From Octopus sinensis (lineage: Eukaryota): a stretch of DNA of 64,000 bases. This document shows, piece after piece, positions 51,601 to 63,340 of this stretch; the stretch's first letter is position 1; each line of letters begins with the position of its first letter. Where the stretch lies: positions 74,772,001 through 74,836,000 of the forward strand of contig NC_043000.1 in NCBI RefSeq assembly GCF_006345805.1, in the 5' to 3' direction. Position numbers and translations under genes: made by a program. The notes below the pieces were generated by a model. The model did no database searches. It had not been told where the DNA came from and saw only the letters and a program-made list of their open reading frames with translations.

Positions 51601-52075
51601 ATATCTTTTATAATAACCCTATCTAAGTAAGACCTGAATGAACCGTCGTTATTAAACCACGTCCACTGTGGAATGAGCGGTTCATCCCGTCAGTATCGGT
51701 CTACTAGTTTATAGCTCGCTAGTAGCCTTTTTAGTCCAGGGCTTCCTTTTCTATTATTGGAGCCTACACTATCCACTCGCATGTCGAGAATAGTGTTGAA
51801 GTCTTCTGTTAAAACTAAAGTTTTCGACGTCACTAGGAAATTCTCCAAGTCTCGAAAGAAGACTGTTTGACTATCCTCTTTTGGAGCATAGACTGCCTCT
51901 AACCCGAAGGACTGCTTACTCACATATGTCACATCTAGAACGACCAGCCTACCTTCTGAGTCTAGAAAGATTGTACTTACCTGTACGTACCACAATGCTC
52001 CTACCCCTTCCTTGACTCGGAGAAATAAACTTCTCGTAGTCGTTCAGAAGAGGCAAGAATGCCTTTGAGCCGTTC
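48700..52075 (-). mobile_element. L1-clade (Tx1-like) LINE ORF2, degenerate
   Basis: EGRLVVLDV, AVYAP, EDFN, RPITLLN, LDQSKAFNRVDH, VRQG.PLS.LLY, AYVDD, and C-terminal CPRC...ETTLHALVQC zinc knuckle. Confidence 0.9.
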
Positions 52076-52134
52076 AGCTTGGACTCAGTCACAATGCATA
52101 TATCTATCTTTCGCGACCTGAGGTCGTTTAAGAG

Positions 52135-53130
52135 GCATGTCAGTTTCCATTTCTACCCCAGGCCATGCACATTTATACACCCTAACTTAATCATCATGAT
52201 AAAAAAAAATATTTTCCAGTTAACCATGCTTATAGGAAACTCTTCAATAGACACAATTTAAAAATTAGTTTTAGTTCAACTACCAATTTTAAAAACATAA
52301 TCAATCATAACATACAAAAAACACAAGAAGAAAACTGCTGTTCATGCAGGAATAAAGAATTGTGCCCGCTAAATGGAGCTTGCATGTCCAAGACCATCAT
52401 ATATGAAGCTACCGTAAACTCTATAACCACTAAAGACACCGTTTCGACGAAGAAATACATGGGCCTGACAGAGGGTAATTTCAAGGCCAGGTTCAATAAC
52501 CACACTTTGAGCTTTAGGCACTGGAACAAAAGAAAAGCGACACAATTATCCAATCATATTTGGTCTTTAGAGATAAAGGTGTCGATTATAACATACAATG
52601 GAAGATTTTGGCCAGATGTAAGCCCTATACCAACGGCAGCGGAAGGTGCGGTTTATGCGACATGGAGAGATGGCTTATCTGGAAAAGCAGCTTAGACCCT
52701 ACCACATGTCTAAATACAAGGACAGAGCTTTTCGGATCATGCCCACATGTGGCTAAATTTCTGTTACGTTTTTGGTCCCCTAAAGAAAACGGATAGAACA
52801 TGCTTTCTGTGTTATGTCCCAAGAAGATTTTATATATTTTTATGTATTTTTATATAATTTTTATGACGAAAAATGCGAGCGATGTATAAGTACGCAGGCA
52901 AGCAGAGTTATAACAGTGTAATTTCCCTTCATTTTTAACGGTATTTTTTCATAACGTTTTCAAATAGCCAGATAACCGAGAGATGGTGTTGTGGATTTCC
53001 ACTTCGGCATCTGAAACTCGGAGTTTTATCTTGACTACCGAGTATGTAACATATTGTATAGATAAATTTCCTCTATTTACATAATATTGAGGTCTCTTTC
53101 TTTCTTTTGTTATCTTACCGTTTTATCAAT
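52135..53130 (+). mobile_element. Penelope-like element 3' end: Cys-rich GIY-YIG endonuclease plus 3' pLTR
   Basis: CCSCRNKELCPLNGAC..IIYEATV..KYMGLTEGNFKARFNNH..LSNHIW / WKIL..C.LC..E..LN.RTEL..CPH. One frameshift. Confidence 0.88.
52965..53037 (+). ncRNA. Degenerate hammerhead-like motif in Penelope 3' pLTR
   Basis: Stem I AGATAA/TTATCT (extendable), stem II GATG/CATC with inner GTGGA/TCCAC, GAAA, stem III ACTC-G-GAGT. Core reads CCGAGA rather than CTGANGA. Confidence 0.5.
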
Positions 53131-53157
53131 ATATATATTATATATATATATATATAT

Positions 53158-53646
53158 CCTGTCATTCATATTCATTTTTTAAGCGTTGATTCGTAACTCT
53201 AAATCCCGTTTCTCTATTATTTATTTCGCCATCTTGTATGCATGGCTTCCTGTCTGTCATGCATTTTAAATTCCTCCTTAATTTCAGTGTCATCCCGTTA
53301 TTATTCCATTCCCAGAATTCACTACAAAATATTCTCTCTCCTATTTATATTATGTTTTACTCGAACCCCGAAGATTCTAGATGTTCAGTAATTTCTGTTG
53401 CAGAAAATTCCCTACGTATTAACTTAAAACCTGTTGTTCCTTCGTCGTTATTCCTTTCCCCAAAGATTCCCTAAATTCCCTACAAAATATTTTCTCTCTC
53501 TCTTATTTATATTACGTTCTCGAACCCCGAAGTTCCTAGATGTTCAGTAATTTCTGTTGCAGAAAATTCCCTACATATTAACTTAAAACCCGTTGTTCCT
53601 TCGTTGTTATTCCTTTCCCCAAAGATTCCTAAATTCCCTACAAAAT

Positions 53647-53677
<31 letters not shown>

Positions 53678-55196
53678 TCTATTATTATTCATTCTTCTCG
53701 AACCCCGAAGTATCTAGATGTTCAGTAATTTCTGTTGCAGAAAATTCCTTACGAATTAAACCTGTTGTTCCTTAGCTCTCTCTCTCTCTTTCTTCCCCCC
53801 TCTCTCTTTCCTCATGCTGCCACCTGATTATCCTCCCCCCCAATCCCTAACTGTTCGATTGATCTTGTCCCTCTTCTCGATTCTACATCTTGCTGACAAA
53901 ACACTGACTCGAAAAATGACAAGCTAAGCGAATTTAACTTACAACCTGTCATTCATATTCATTATTTAAGCGTTGATTCGTAACTCTAAATCCCGTTTCT
54001 CTATTATTTATTTCGCCATCTTGTATGCATGGCTTCCTCTCTGTCATGCATTTTAAATTCCTCCTTTAATTTTAGTGTCATCCCGTTATTATTCCATTCC
54101 CAGAATTCACTACAAAATATTCTCTCTCCTATTTATATTATGTTTTACTCGAACCCCGAAGTTTCTAGATGTTCAGTAATTTCTGTTGCAGAAAATTCCC
54201 TACGTATTAACTTAAAACCTGTTGTTCCTTCGTCGTTATTCCTTTCCCCAAAGATTCCCTAAATTCCCTATAAAATATTTTCTCTCTCTCTTATTTATAT
54301 TACGTTCTTCTCGAACCCCAAAGTTCCTAGATGTTCAGTAATTTCTGTTGCAGAAAATTCCCTACGTATTAACTTAAAACCTGTTGTTCCTTCGTGTTAT
54401 TCCTTTCCCCAAAGATTCCCTAAATTCCCTACAAAATATTTTCTCTCTCTCTCTCTCTTATTTATATTACGTTCTTCTCGAACCCCGAAGTTCCTAGATG
54501 TTCAGTAATTTCTGTTGCAGAAAATTCCCTACGTATTAACTTAAAACCTGTTGTTCCTTCGTTGTTATTCCTTTCCCCAAAGATTCCCTAAATTCCCTAC
54601 AAAATATTTCCTCTCTCTCTCTCTCTTATTTATATTACATTCTTCTCGAACCCCGAAGTTTCTAGATGTTCAGTAATTTCTGTTGCAGAAAATTCCTTAC
54701 GAATTAAACCTGTTGTTCCTTAGCTCTCTCTCTCTCTTTCTTCCCCCCTCTCTCTTTCCTCATGCTGCCACCTGATTATCCTCCCCCCCAATCCCTAACT
54801 CTTTATAAAGCAGTGTTCGATTTATCTCGTCCCTCTTCTCGATTCTACATCTTGCTGACAAAACACTGACTATAAAAATGAACAGCTAAGCGAATTTAAC
54901 TTACAACCTGTCATTCATATTCATTTTTTTAAGCGTTGATTCATAACTCTAAATCCCGTTTCTCTATTATTTATTTCGCCATCTTGTATGCATGGCTTCC
55001 TGTCTGTCATGCATTTTAAATTCCTCCTTTAATTTCAGTGTCATCCCGTTATTATTCCATTCCCAGAATTCACTACAAAATATTCTCTCTCCTATTTATA
55101 TTATGTTTTACTCGAACCCCGATGTTTCTCGATGTTCAGTAATTTCTGTTGCAGAAAATTCCCTACGTATTAACTTAAAACCTGTTGTTCCTTCGA
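53158..55196. repeat. Higher-order tandem array: ~790-960-bp units containing ~160-180-bp subunits
   Basis: Large unit starts at 53158, 53945 and 54907. Subunit ctcgaacccc at 53360, 53519, 53697, 54148, 54310, 54477, 54645 and 55111. Confidence 0.92.
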
Positions 55197-55319
55197 GGTG
55201 ACCCCGCCCGCCCTCCCTCCCACCCATCCACCAGAACCGGAAGTTTCTTTTTTCTATCTTTCTTGACCCCCCCGCACCCCTATGTAGGGTTTATTGTGAT
55301 CATATAGCGCAAAAACACT

Positions 55320-56078
55320 GAAATGTATGCAGGTTGTAGTCTAGAGTCTCAGTATGATATCTGGCAAATGCAAGCTTTCTTTTCAGGTACATAACACTGC
55401 TGTCCCTCATCCCAGGGTCTCAGAGGCCCACACCTCCCACACCCTCCGGGTGGGCACCCTCAACGTTGGCACACTGAAAGGTAGGTCTGGCGAGATAGTC
55501 GAGATGCTTGAACGGAGACGTGTTGATGTATGTTGTATGCAAGAAATAAGGTGGAGAGGAGGATCTGCTAGGTTCCTCACAGGCAAGGAACACAGGTACA
55601 AGATTTTCTGGGCAGGGAACACTGACGGGGTTGGTGGCGTGGGTATACTTATCGCTGAGAAATGGATAGATAGAGTAATTGAGGTAATCAGAGTAAGTGA
55701 CAGAATACTTAAGATTAGAATAGTGCTTCATAATAGATTAGCAACCATTATATCGGCCTATGCCCCTCAGCCAGGGCTACCCGATGGACAGAAAGACAGT
55801 TTCTATGACACCCTACTGCAGACCACCTCATTGACGAACGACAGGGACCTTCTCTTTGTGGCTGGTGATTTCAATGGGCATGTTGGACGACATGCTGGGG
55901 GCTTCCATGGCGTACATGGAGGCTACGGTTATGGTTCCCGCACGAGGAGGGAACCAGCTGCTGGAGTCTGCGATGCGAATAGTCTTATGGTCTGCAACAC
56001 TAACTTCAGGAAACCAACAAGCCACCTGGTCACCTACCGATCAGGCCGGCATACTAGCCAAATCGACTACATCCTTGC
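55320..56078 (+). mobile_element. RTE LINE 5' part: well-preserved APE endonuclease running into the gap
   Basis: LRVGTLNVGTL, CMQEIRW, GVGILI, ISAYAPQ, AGDFNGHVG, SQIDYIL. Confidence 0.92.
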
Positions 56079-56178
56079 NNNNNNNNNNNNNNNNNNNNNN
56101 NNNNNNNNNNNNNNNNNNNNNNNNNNNNNNNNNNNNNNNNNNNNNNNNNNNNNNNNNNNNNNNNNNNNNNNNNNNNNN
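56079..56178. other. Assembly gap (100 N)
   Basis: Run of N. Confidence 0.99.
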
Positions 56179-56345
56179 CGATGACAGGCATTGTTCTCCA
56201 GTCAGTGTCCTGCATGTCACAGGCCTTTAAGGAAGACTTGACACAGTCCTTAAATCGCAGCCTTGGTTTCTGCCGGAGTCTCCTTCCATTCACAAATTCT
56301 CCATTGAGTATCTGCTTAGGAATCCTTCTATCCTTCATTCTAATA
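56179..56345 (-). mobile_element. C-terminal fragment of a second RTE-type LINE
   Basis: MKDRRIPKQIL.GE...G.R...KPRLRFKD.VK.SLK. Confidence 0.7.
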
Positions 56346-56363
56346 AGGTGTCATTCTAATAAT

Positions 56364-56424
<61 letters not shown>

Positions 56425-56427
56425 TAA

Positions 56428-56617
56428 AAGACCCCCTTCGGTCATGAATGACCATGGGATTGCACCTAGAAAGTTACCCTCCTAGACACAAGTCGGGCAA
56501 GGTTGTTTATGGAAGACCAGCAGTCGCCCATGCATACCAGCCTCCCCTCTCCACGCCACCAGTGTTATCCAAGGGAAAGACAAAGGTCGATACAGCTTGG
56601 CACCTGTGACGTCGCAA
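56428..56617 (-). mobile_element. SINE family B 3' half
   Basis: Reverse complement of ~25472-25661. Confidence 0.85.
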
Positions 56618-56639
56618 CAATATACATATATATAATATA

Positions 56640-56779
56640 CTCTCTTTTAATCTTTTACTTGTTTCAGTCATTTTACTGTGGCCATGCTGGTGCACTGCCT
56701 TTAGTCGAGCAAATCAACCCCTGGACTTATACTTTGTAAGCCTAGTACTTATTCTATCGGTCACTTTTGCCGAACCGCT
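56640..56779 (-). mobile_element. SINE family A 3' fragment
   Basis: Reverse complement of the family A tail. Confidence 0.8.
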
Positions 56780-57864
56780 TCATGTGATGATCATTGTATA
56801 GTTCACTTCCAATTTACCCCTGCAGCATCCAGATTATTCTGTCAAATGTAAAGTTTATTTAGTGACATTGTTTCAAATTCATCATGCATTATCTCATAGC
56901 TTGAAGATATTGATGATGTGAGTCTTTATATTTAGAGTGACATTGTAGGATTGGAGTGAGGCCAGATCTAGCTAATTTTTGCTGGTCCACTAAGTTTCAG
57001 GGATGTAAACAAACCAACATCGGTTGTCAAGAAACGATGTGGGGGGACAAACATAGGCACACAAATACAAAAACAGGTAGATTATTTTGGTCAGACATGG
57101 CCAGTTTAAATGCTAAAAGGATTAAATATAAGATGCAGTTTATATCATTGCATCCTGTTGTTCATAAATGTCCCTCTATATTAAATATGTATGTATGTGC
57201 TGATATCTTTTCATCTTGATATCATTCATAAATCATAGATGAATGTAAGTATCATACAAGCAGTATTGTTTCCAATCTTCCAAGAAAACATGTCCAGCCA
57301 TTGTAATGTTTGTGTTGAAATGACTAGGGGACAAATATCACCTTGCTTGGAAACAGGTGATGTTTGGCAACAAGAAAAGCATCTGACCACAAAAAAGAAA
57401 AAAACAGTTTCAACAGAAGTTCTGTCTGATCCACAAGCCATGGAAAAGTGGACAACAGCAAGCCAAGCCCTCCTTACCTCTGTATCTCCACTTTGTTTCA
57501 TCTATGGTCAGTCTACATTGTTTCATCTATTGTCAAACTAAACACCACCACCTCACAACATTGTCTCCACTGGGCCTCCTACAGATTCTGTCTCTCACAT
57601 TCACATGGCACTGGTCAACTCAGGGCCATGGGAGAAGATGCTTGCCTAAAATTCCATGCCATATTAAAACGTCTCACACAACTTAAAGTTTTGTTGCCAT
57701 CCATCAACAGCATTGATACCCAGTAATATATTGAGGTCTCATTTAACAACTAGCCTTATATCAAATTAAGAAAATAATATCAATTTCTTTGATTTTGTTT
57801 TTTTCTTGCTTAGCTTTTTTTTTTTTTATTACTGTTTTATGATATATATTTAAACATACACATA

Positions 57865-58195
57865 CAGTAATACCTCACTGTACGAGACCCCTGGTTTACG
57901 TGTTTTATTTCATAAATATAAAAAGGTTAAACAGCCATTTTGTGTGTGTGGCAGCACTGGTTCTGACGTGTCTACATAGCTGCATATAGCATCAGAGTAA
58001 AATGATGGTATAAAATTTGGATGATTTAGTTTACCATTTATTCATGAATATTATAAATTTTATTGGTAAAATATTTTTCTGGAAATGAATTATGATTTAT
58101 AACGTTACTATGGGAAATTATTGCTCTGCTTTATGAGTTTTCACTTTACAAGCAGTCTCCGGGAACAAAATAACTCATATATCAAGGCATTATTT
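57865..58195. mobile_element. Tigger/pogo-like MITE, degenerate
   Basis: TA + CAGTAATACCTCA left end, imperfect reverse complement CAAGGCATTATT at the right end. Confidence 0.45.
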
Positions 58196-58206
58196 TGTGT
58201 GTGTGT

Positions 58207-58655
58207 CATCATCATCAGCATCATCATCTTTTAATGTCCACTTTCCATGCTGGCATGGGTTGAACGATTTGACTAAGGGCTGGCCACCCAGAAGGCTTCA
58301 CCAGAATCCAATTCGATTTGGCAATGTTTCTACAGCTGGATGCTCTTCCTAATGCCAGCCACTCTGAGAGTGTAGTAGGTGCTTTTTGCATGCCACCGGC
58401 ACAAGGGCCAATCAGGCAACACTGGGAATGACCATACTCGAATGGTGATTTTTATGTGCCCCTGGCATGGGTGCCAATCAGGCAGTACTGTCATCAGCCA
58501 CGACCCCAACGTCACTTGCCTCAACATGTCTTTGCAAGTGCAGTTTTTTGCCCAATGATTGAAGGATGCTCTTAAATGGGCTGGTTATGATGCACTGGCA
58601 TAGGCCATGGTTAAGGTCTCGGTCTCTTGTCATCGCCTCAGTGAGGCCTAACGTT
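58207..58655 (-). mobile_element. RTE 3' UTR fragment. A second tail fragment lies at 58789-58931.
   Basis: (CAT)n plus the family tail. Confidence 0.75.
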
Positions 58656-58720
58656 ATAATATAAATAATATATATATATGTGTATGTAAATATATTTATA
58701 TCTATCTATCTATCTATCTA

Positions 58721-58791
<71 letters not shown>

Positions 58792-59960
58792 TCATCATCA
58801 TCATCATCGTTTAACGTCCGTTCTCCATGCTAGCATGGGTTGGACGGTTCGACCGGGTTCTGGGAAGCCAGAAGGCTGCACCAGGCTCCAGTCTAATCTG
58901 GCAATGTTTCTACAGCTGGATGCCCTTCCTAATATATATATATATATTATATATATATATATATATATAGGTACAGGATGTCACCAACAGTAAACAACAT
59001 GAAATACGGAAACAAATGAGTTCAATACACAAACAATGTGAGAAACAAATGGAAAACAAAGAATGACCCTTCATCAATTGTCAGCTGTCTATCTACTACT
59101 CAAGGATCATTGAACAACAGTATGAGTCTTCGAAGACAGCTGCTCCCATAAGTACCAAAATAAAATTTGGGACTTATGGAGGGTCAAAGCTGGGAACAAA
59201 AACAGGACAGTGGAAACATACAAGGAAACCAAACGTAAACAAACATGGGGGGGGTCGTTAGATCAGGACAAGGGTAAAATAGCAAGAGAAAAGATTGAAG
59301 AGATACATCCAGTTCTCAGGACAGTCCTGAAAGAAAAAAAAGATGATCACATGAGGAAAAGAAAGACGGGCGATGTTCACGTGTGAGCAATGAGAGAGAG
59401 AAAAGGAGAAAGAGGGGGAGAGAGACAGACAGATAAAAATGTTGAAGGGGAGAAAAAAGGAATTAGAGGAAAGGATGAGAGAGAAAACGATGGGAAAGAA
59501 AACAGTACAGAGTAGAGTTGCATCAAAAAGATTATGAGAAACCTACTTGAAAATGGATGCATGGCGTTCAATCAAATAATAATATACATATATATGCATA
59601 TATATATATATATGTACACACACACATACATACATATGCATATATGAGTACAGGATGTCAGCAACAGTAAACAACACTTTTCATATACAAAATCCACTCA
59701 TAGGCTTTGTTCAGTCTATGCTTGCTCATGGAGCTGTGTACTTGGACTGAAACCTCAGACATGTAATTGGGGGAGTGAACTTCATAACCATACAGCTATA
59801 TCTACTCTACTTTTATGTTTAAAATGTTTTCAAAAAATTATGTTAATAACAATAACCTATCTCAGAACTTTAAGCGTATATTAAGATAAATAAGTTATTA
59901 AATGTATTGAATTTTTCCTTTTTGTTTTTATGATTTAATTAGATTCTTTTTTATTGACAG

Positions 59961-60063
59961 ACCTTTATCTTTCCGAGCAAAACCTAGGAAGCGTCGTATT
60001 GGCCGTACACCACCTGTAGGGCAGCCAAAATTATTTGGAGGCAGTCTTGAAGAATACATTGAT
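59961..60063 (+). CDS. SRGAP: srGAP exon F: (R)PLSFRAKPRKRRIGRTPPVGQPKLFGGSLEEYID
   Basis: ttattgacAG acceptor, GTGAGT donor. Phase 2/0 completes the CG+A Arg codon from exon E. KLFGGSLE is the motif preceding a RhoGAP domain. Confidence 0.88.
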
Positions 60064-61103
60064 GTGAGTTCCTTCTAATATAAATTGATGCGAGATGTAG
60101 TCTTTGCCTTATAGGTCATAAAAATATTCCAAATAAATGACAGAATTTCCACTTGCTTTTCCTCAAACATATTTCAGAAATCGGTGTAAGTTAGTTGCAA
60201 TGTTAATTGCAAAAGAGTGAAAGGCATTCAATTTATGCAAAATAATTCAGAGAAATCTTGTATCAATTGTTATAAAGACCATTGGTTGAAAGGCTGTATG
60301 AAAATCATTGATCGGCAGAATCATTAGAGCATTGGGGAAAAATATGTCTTGGGAAGGTCAACTTTGCCTTTCATCTTTATGGAATAAAATAAAATGCCAG
60401 TCAAGTATTAGGATTAATTAGCATCTTCCCTTCAAAATTACTGGCTTTGCTCCTAAAATAGAGCTGATATTTCTTGTTTAGCTACTTATCCAGGACCTCA
60501 TTAACTTCAATATTACTATCCTTTTGTAAACATTTTTTTAGGCTTATGCATTTCATATTTACATTCTTTTTTTAATACCAAGTTTCAAACTTTTCTCTTG
60601 CTAAACTGTATGCAGGCTATCAACAGATATAAAGTTCAGTGTTAACTCATCTTATATTATAAAAAAGTATTTTCCCTAAGCCTACTAAGAAGCCTCTATA
60701 AAATCATTCAACATGCTAGAGATAAATTCTAAATCACCAGCAAATCACATGCCTTAATATCTTTAAAAGCAAATGAAACATTGGATAAGGTAACCTGTCT
60801 GAAATAGGAATAAAAGGATATTTTAACAGAAATGCCTTTGACTATAAATCTGCTTAGTCATGGCTAATTTGGAATTGAACAACAAAAGGATTTTCCATTA
60901 CTCTAATTTTTTATATGCAATTTCATGTTTACTATGTTTTTATGTATATTAAAAAATGTTTATCATTTCCTCTTTTCACCATCTTTATAAATTTATTTGT
61001 AGGTATTAAACATTTTATATAATACTAAATTTCATATTTATTTTCTTATATAAAATTATAACAGCTAAAACAATTTTCAGTGTATTTTCTCTTCTGCTTA
61101 CAG

Positions 61104-61164
61104 AATACAGGAGAAGAAATTCCTCTGATTATTCGTAGTTGCATACGTGTTATAAATCTTCACG
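61104..61164 (+). CDS. SRGAP: srGAP exon G (RhoGAP start): NTGEEIPLIIRSCIRVINLH(G)
   Basis: cttacAG acceptor, GTAAGT donor, phase 0/1. Matches 'IPLVV.SCIR.INL.G'. Confidence 0.92.
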
Positions 61165-61429
61165 GTAAGTCATGTATGATCTCTTTTTGTCTTATTGTTT
61201 GTTAGATATTTCTCATGAATGTTTTTCTTTGGTTACTTTTATTATTCTGAGTCTTTGTCTCTTTTCACTTTTTAGTTCTTACTTTTCTGTTATTCTTCCT
61301 GAAACTGAGATTTTAATTTTTGGCATTTAGACTTAACAGAAGGTCCAGCAATTGAAGTGGATAGTTCTTTGGTCAAAACTGTCTTTAAGGATATAATGGC
61401 AGTGAAATTGAATGTACCATCAAGAATTA

Positions 61430-62740
61430 ATTATTGAGGTACTAAAAATATCCTATGAAGTAGGACATGCACTAGTCAATAGAGTAGTACAGGGAGATGT
61501 TGCAAGGAGATGCTCTAAGTAGAAGCTTTAGATTGATGGACCAAGATATGAAAGTAACAGAAAGAGTTATACAGCTGATTTGGAAGAAAGCTTAGATGAG
61601 ATGCTGTTTAGATTTGTGTGAGGACAGGGTCCCCTAATGACCCCTTCATAGTGAAACAACTATATGAGAAGTTCTTAGTTTAGAGAAAGCCACAATATGT
61701 ACCATTCATTTATTGAAACAGGGTATCATGGTCTAATGATCACTAAGAAAACTAGGTATAGACAAATGGTTTATGAGAGTTGTATGAATTGTGTTCAGAG
61801 ATACCTATTTCTTTACTACCCACAAGGGGCTAATCACAGAGGGGACAAACAAGGACAGACAAACAGATTAAGTTGATTACATTGACCCCAGTGCGTAACT
61901 GGTACTTATTTAATCAACCCCGAAAGGATGAAAGGCAAAGTCGACCTCGGCGGAATTTGAACTCAGACGAAATACCTCTCAGCATTTCACCCGGCGTGCT
62001 AACGATTCTGCCAGCTCGCCACCTTTTTGTGTTCAGAGATACCATCAGCAAGGTAAGAATTGACAGTGAATTAAGCAGGGAATTTTGTGTATAGATAGGA
62101 GTCCATCAGCTTGGTTCTCATCCCCCTCCTGTATGCTTATGGCCTAGTTCTCAATGTTGAATCTGTCAAATATCTAGAGAAAAAAATGTGGAAGCAACGC
62201 TTAGAATCAAGAAACCTTGAAGTATACCTGGCAGGAACAAAAATTTTAGTTAGCAGAAAAGAAAGCAGAACTCCACAGCCATCTTGAAAGTGGGCATACT
62301 TGACAATCAACATAGGTGTAAGTAGGAATATCATGCAGTATACCCAATGTGTGTGTACAAGATGTGTAGTGGAATCCCAGACAGCTGACTGAGAAAATTT
62401 TCATATGTAACAAATGCTTAGTGATGTGCAGTAAGAGCAGCTATATTATTGTACATAAATGATAGAATACAAATGAGGTGAGCGAAAAGCTAAGGATAAA
62501 AGGAATCAGATGTAGTGTGCAAGAGTGGAATCAGGTGTAGTGTGCTGCTCTAGTAAGGTGAAGAAGTACCAAGTGATCTAAGTGCAAAGTACCTCCAGAA
62601 GAGGAAAACAAAACATTGTGAAAGCAGATCTCAAGAAGCTGAACTTCCTGAAGGAGATGACAAGGGACTGTGAAAGTAGAGAGACATTGTGCTGGAAAAG
62701 ATCCATCAAACCCATGCAAGCATGGTAAAACATAAAGACA
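61430..62740 (+). mobile_element. Old degenerate RTE LINE remnant
   Basis: Recognisable decayed homology to 15260-16400 (cagtttagatttgtg, ctaggtatagacaaatggtt, ggagtccatca). Confidence 0.55.
61806..62026 (-). mobile_element. tRNA-derived SINE family C with 17-bp TSD
   Basis: TSD TTGTGTTCAGAGATACC at 61789-61805 and 62027-62043. Reverse strand starts ggcgagctggcagaatcgttag and has B-box gttcaaattcc. Confidence 0.88.
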
Positions 62741-63132
62741 ATGGTGTTGGGAATTATCATCATCATTGTTTGCCTTAATATCCTCTCAAATTATTTTAAA
62801 GAGTCTTCAGAACTTTTGTTCTTTTATCTATTTGTTTTTTTTTTCTTTTGGCAGCACCAAGAGAATTTGTTCATAAGCAAAATTATCATTGCACTATTGA
62901 TTTGTTTTGTCATTTATTTATTTAATTTGTAATATTTCTGTTCTTTCCAACATGGTGGATTAACTGCAGTTATAGATTTAATCATTTTATGTGAAGATCT
63001 CATTGGGATGGATAAATTAAATAGCAGTAATATGCTGGAGTCATTTATACAACACTCTCCCACTGCTATTAGTTTCTGATCTTGTGCTATTGTAAGAAAT
63101 CCCTTTTTTTATTTATAATTTGTATTATTCAG

Positions 63133-63210
63133 GCATTCATCATCAGGGTATATTCAGAGTATCTGGCTCTCAAGTTGAAATCAATGAATTTAAAAGTAGT
63201 TTTGAAAAAG
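63133..63210 (+). CDS. SRGAP: srGAP exon H (RhoGAP arginine finger): (G)IHHQGIFRVSGSQVEINEFKSSFEK(G)
   Basis: attcAG acceptor, GTAAGA donor, phase 1/1. Contains the catalytic GIFRVSG motif. Confidence 0.94.
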
Positions 63211-63340
63211 GTAAGATCTTATGTGATTTTATGAGTTGAAATATTTGACAACTTTTACTAGCTCCCAGGTAACTTTCCTTAAAAACACTCATTTAATTCA
63301 TTTCAGATGAATATATGATAATTGTTTTTTCTTATGCGTA

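Noticed and set aside
55354-56338. ORFs reading through the N run
   Set aside because: Artefact of the gap. The two sides are different elements on opposite strands.
59060-59110. Reverse-strand TTGATGAAGGG hammerhead-like half
   Set aside because: No matching stem II partner or GAAA in this copy.
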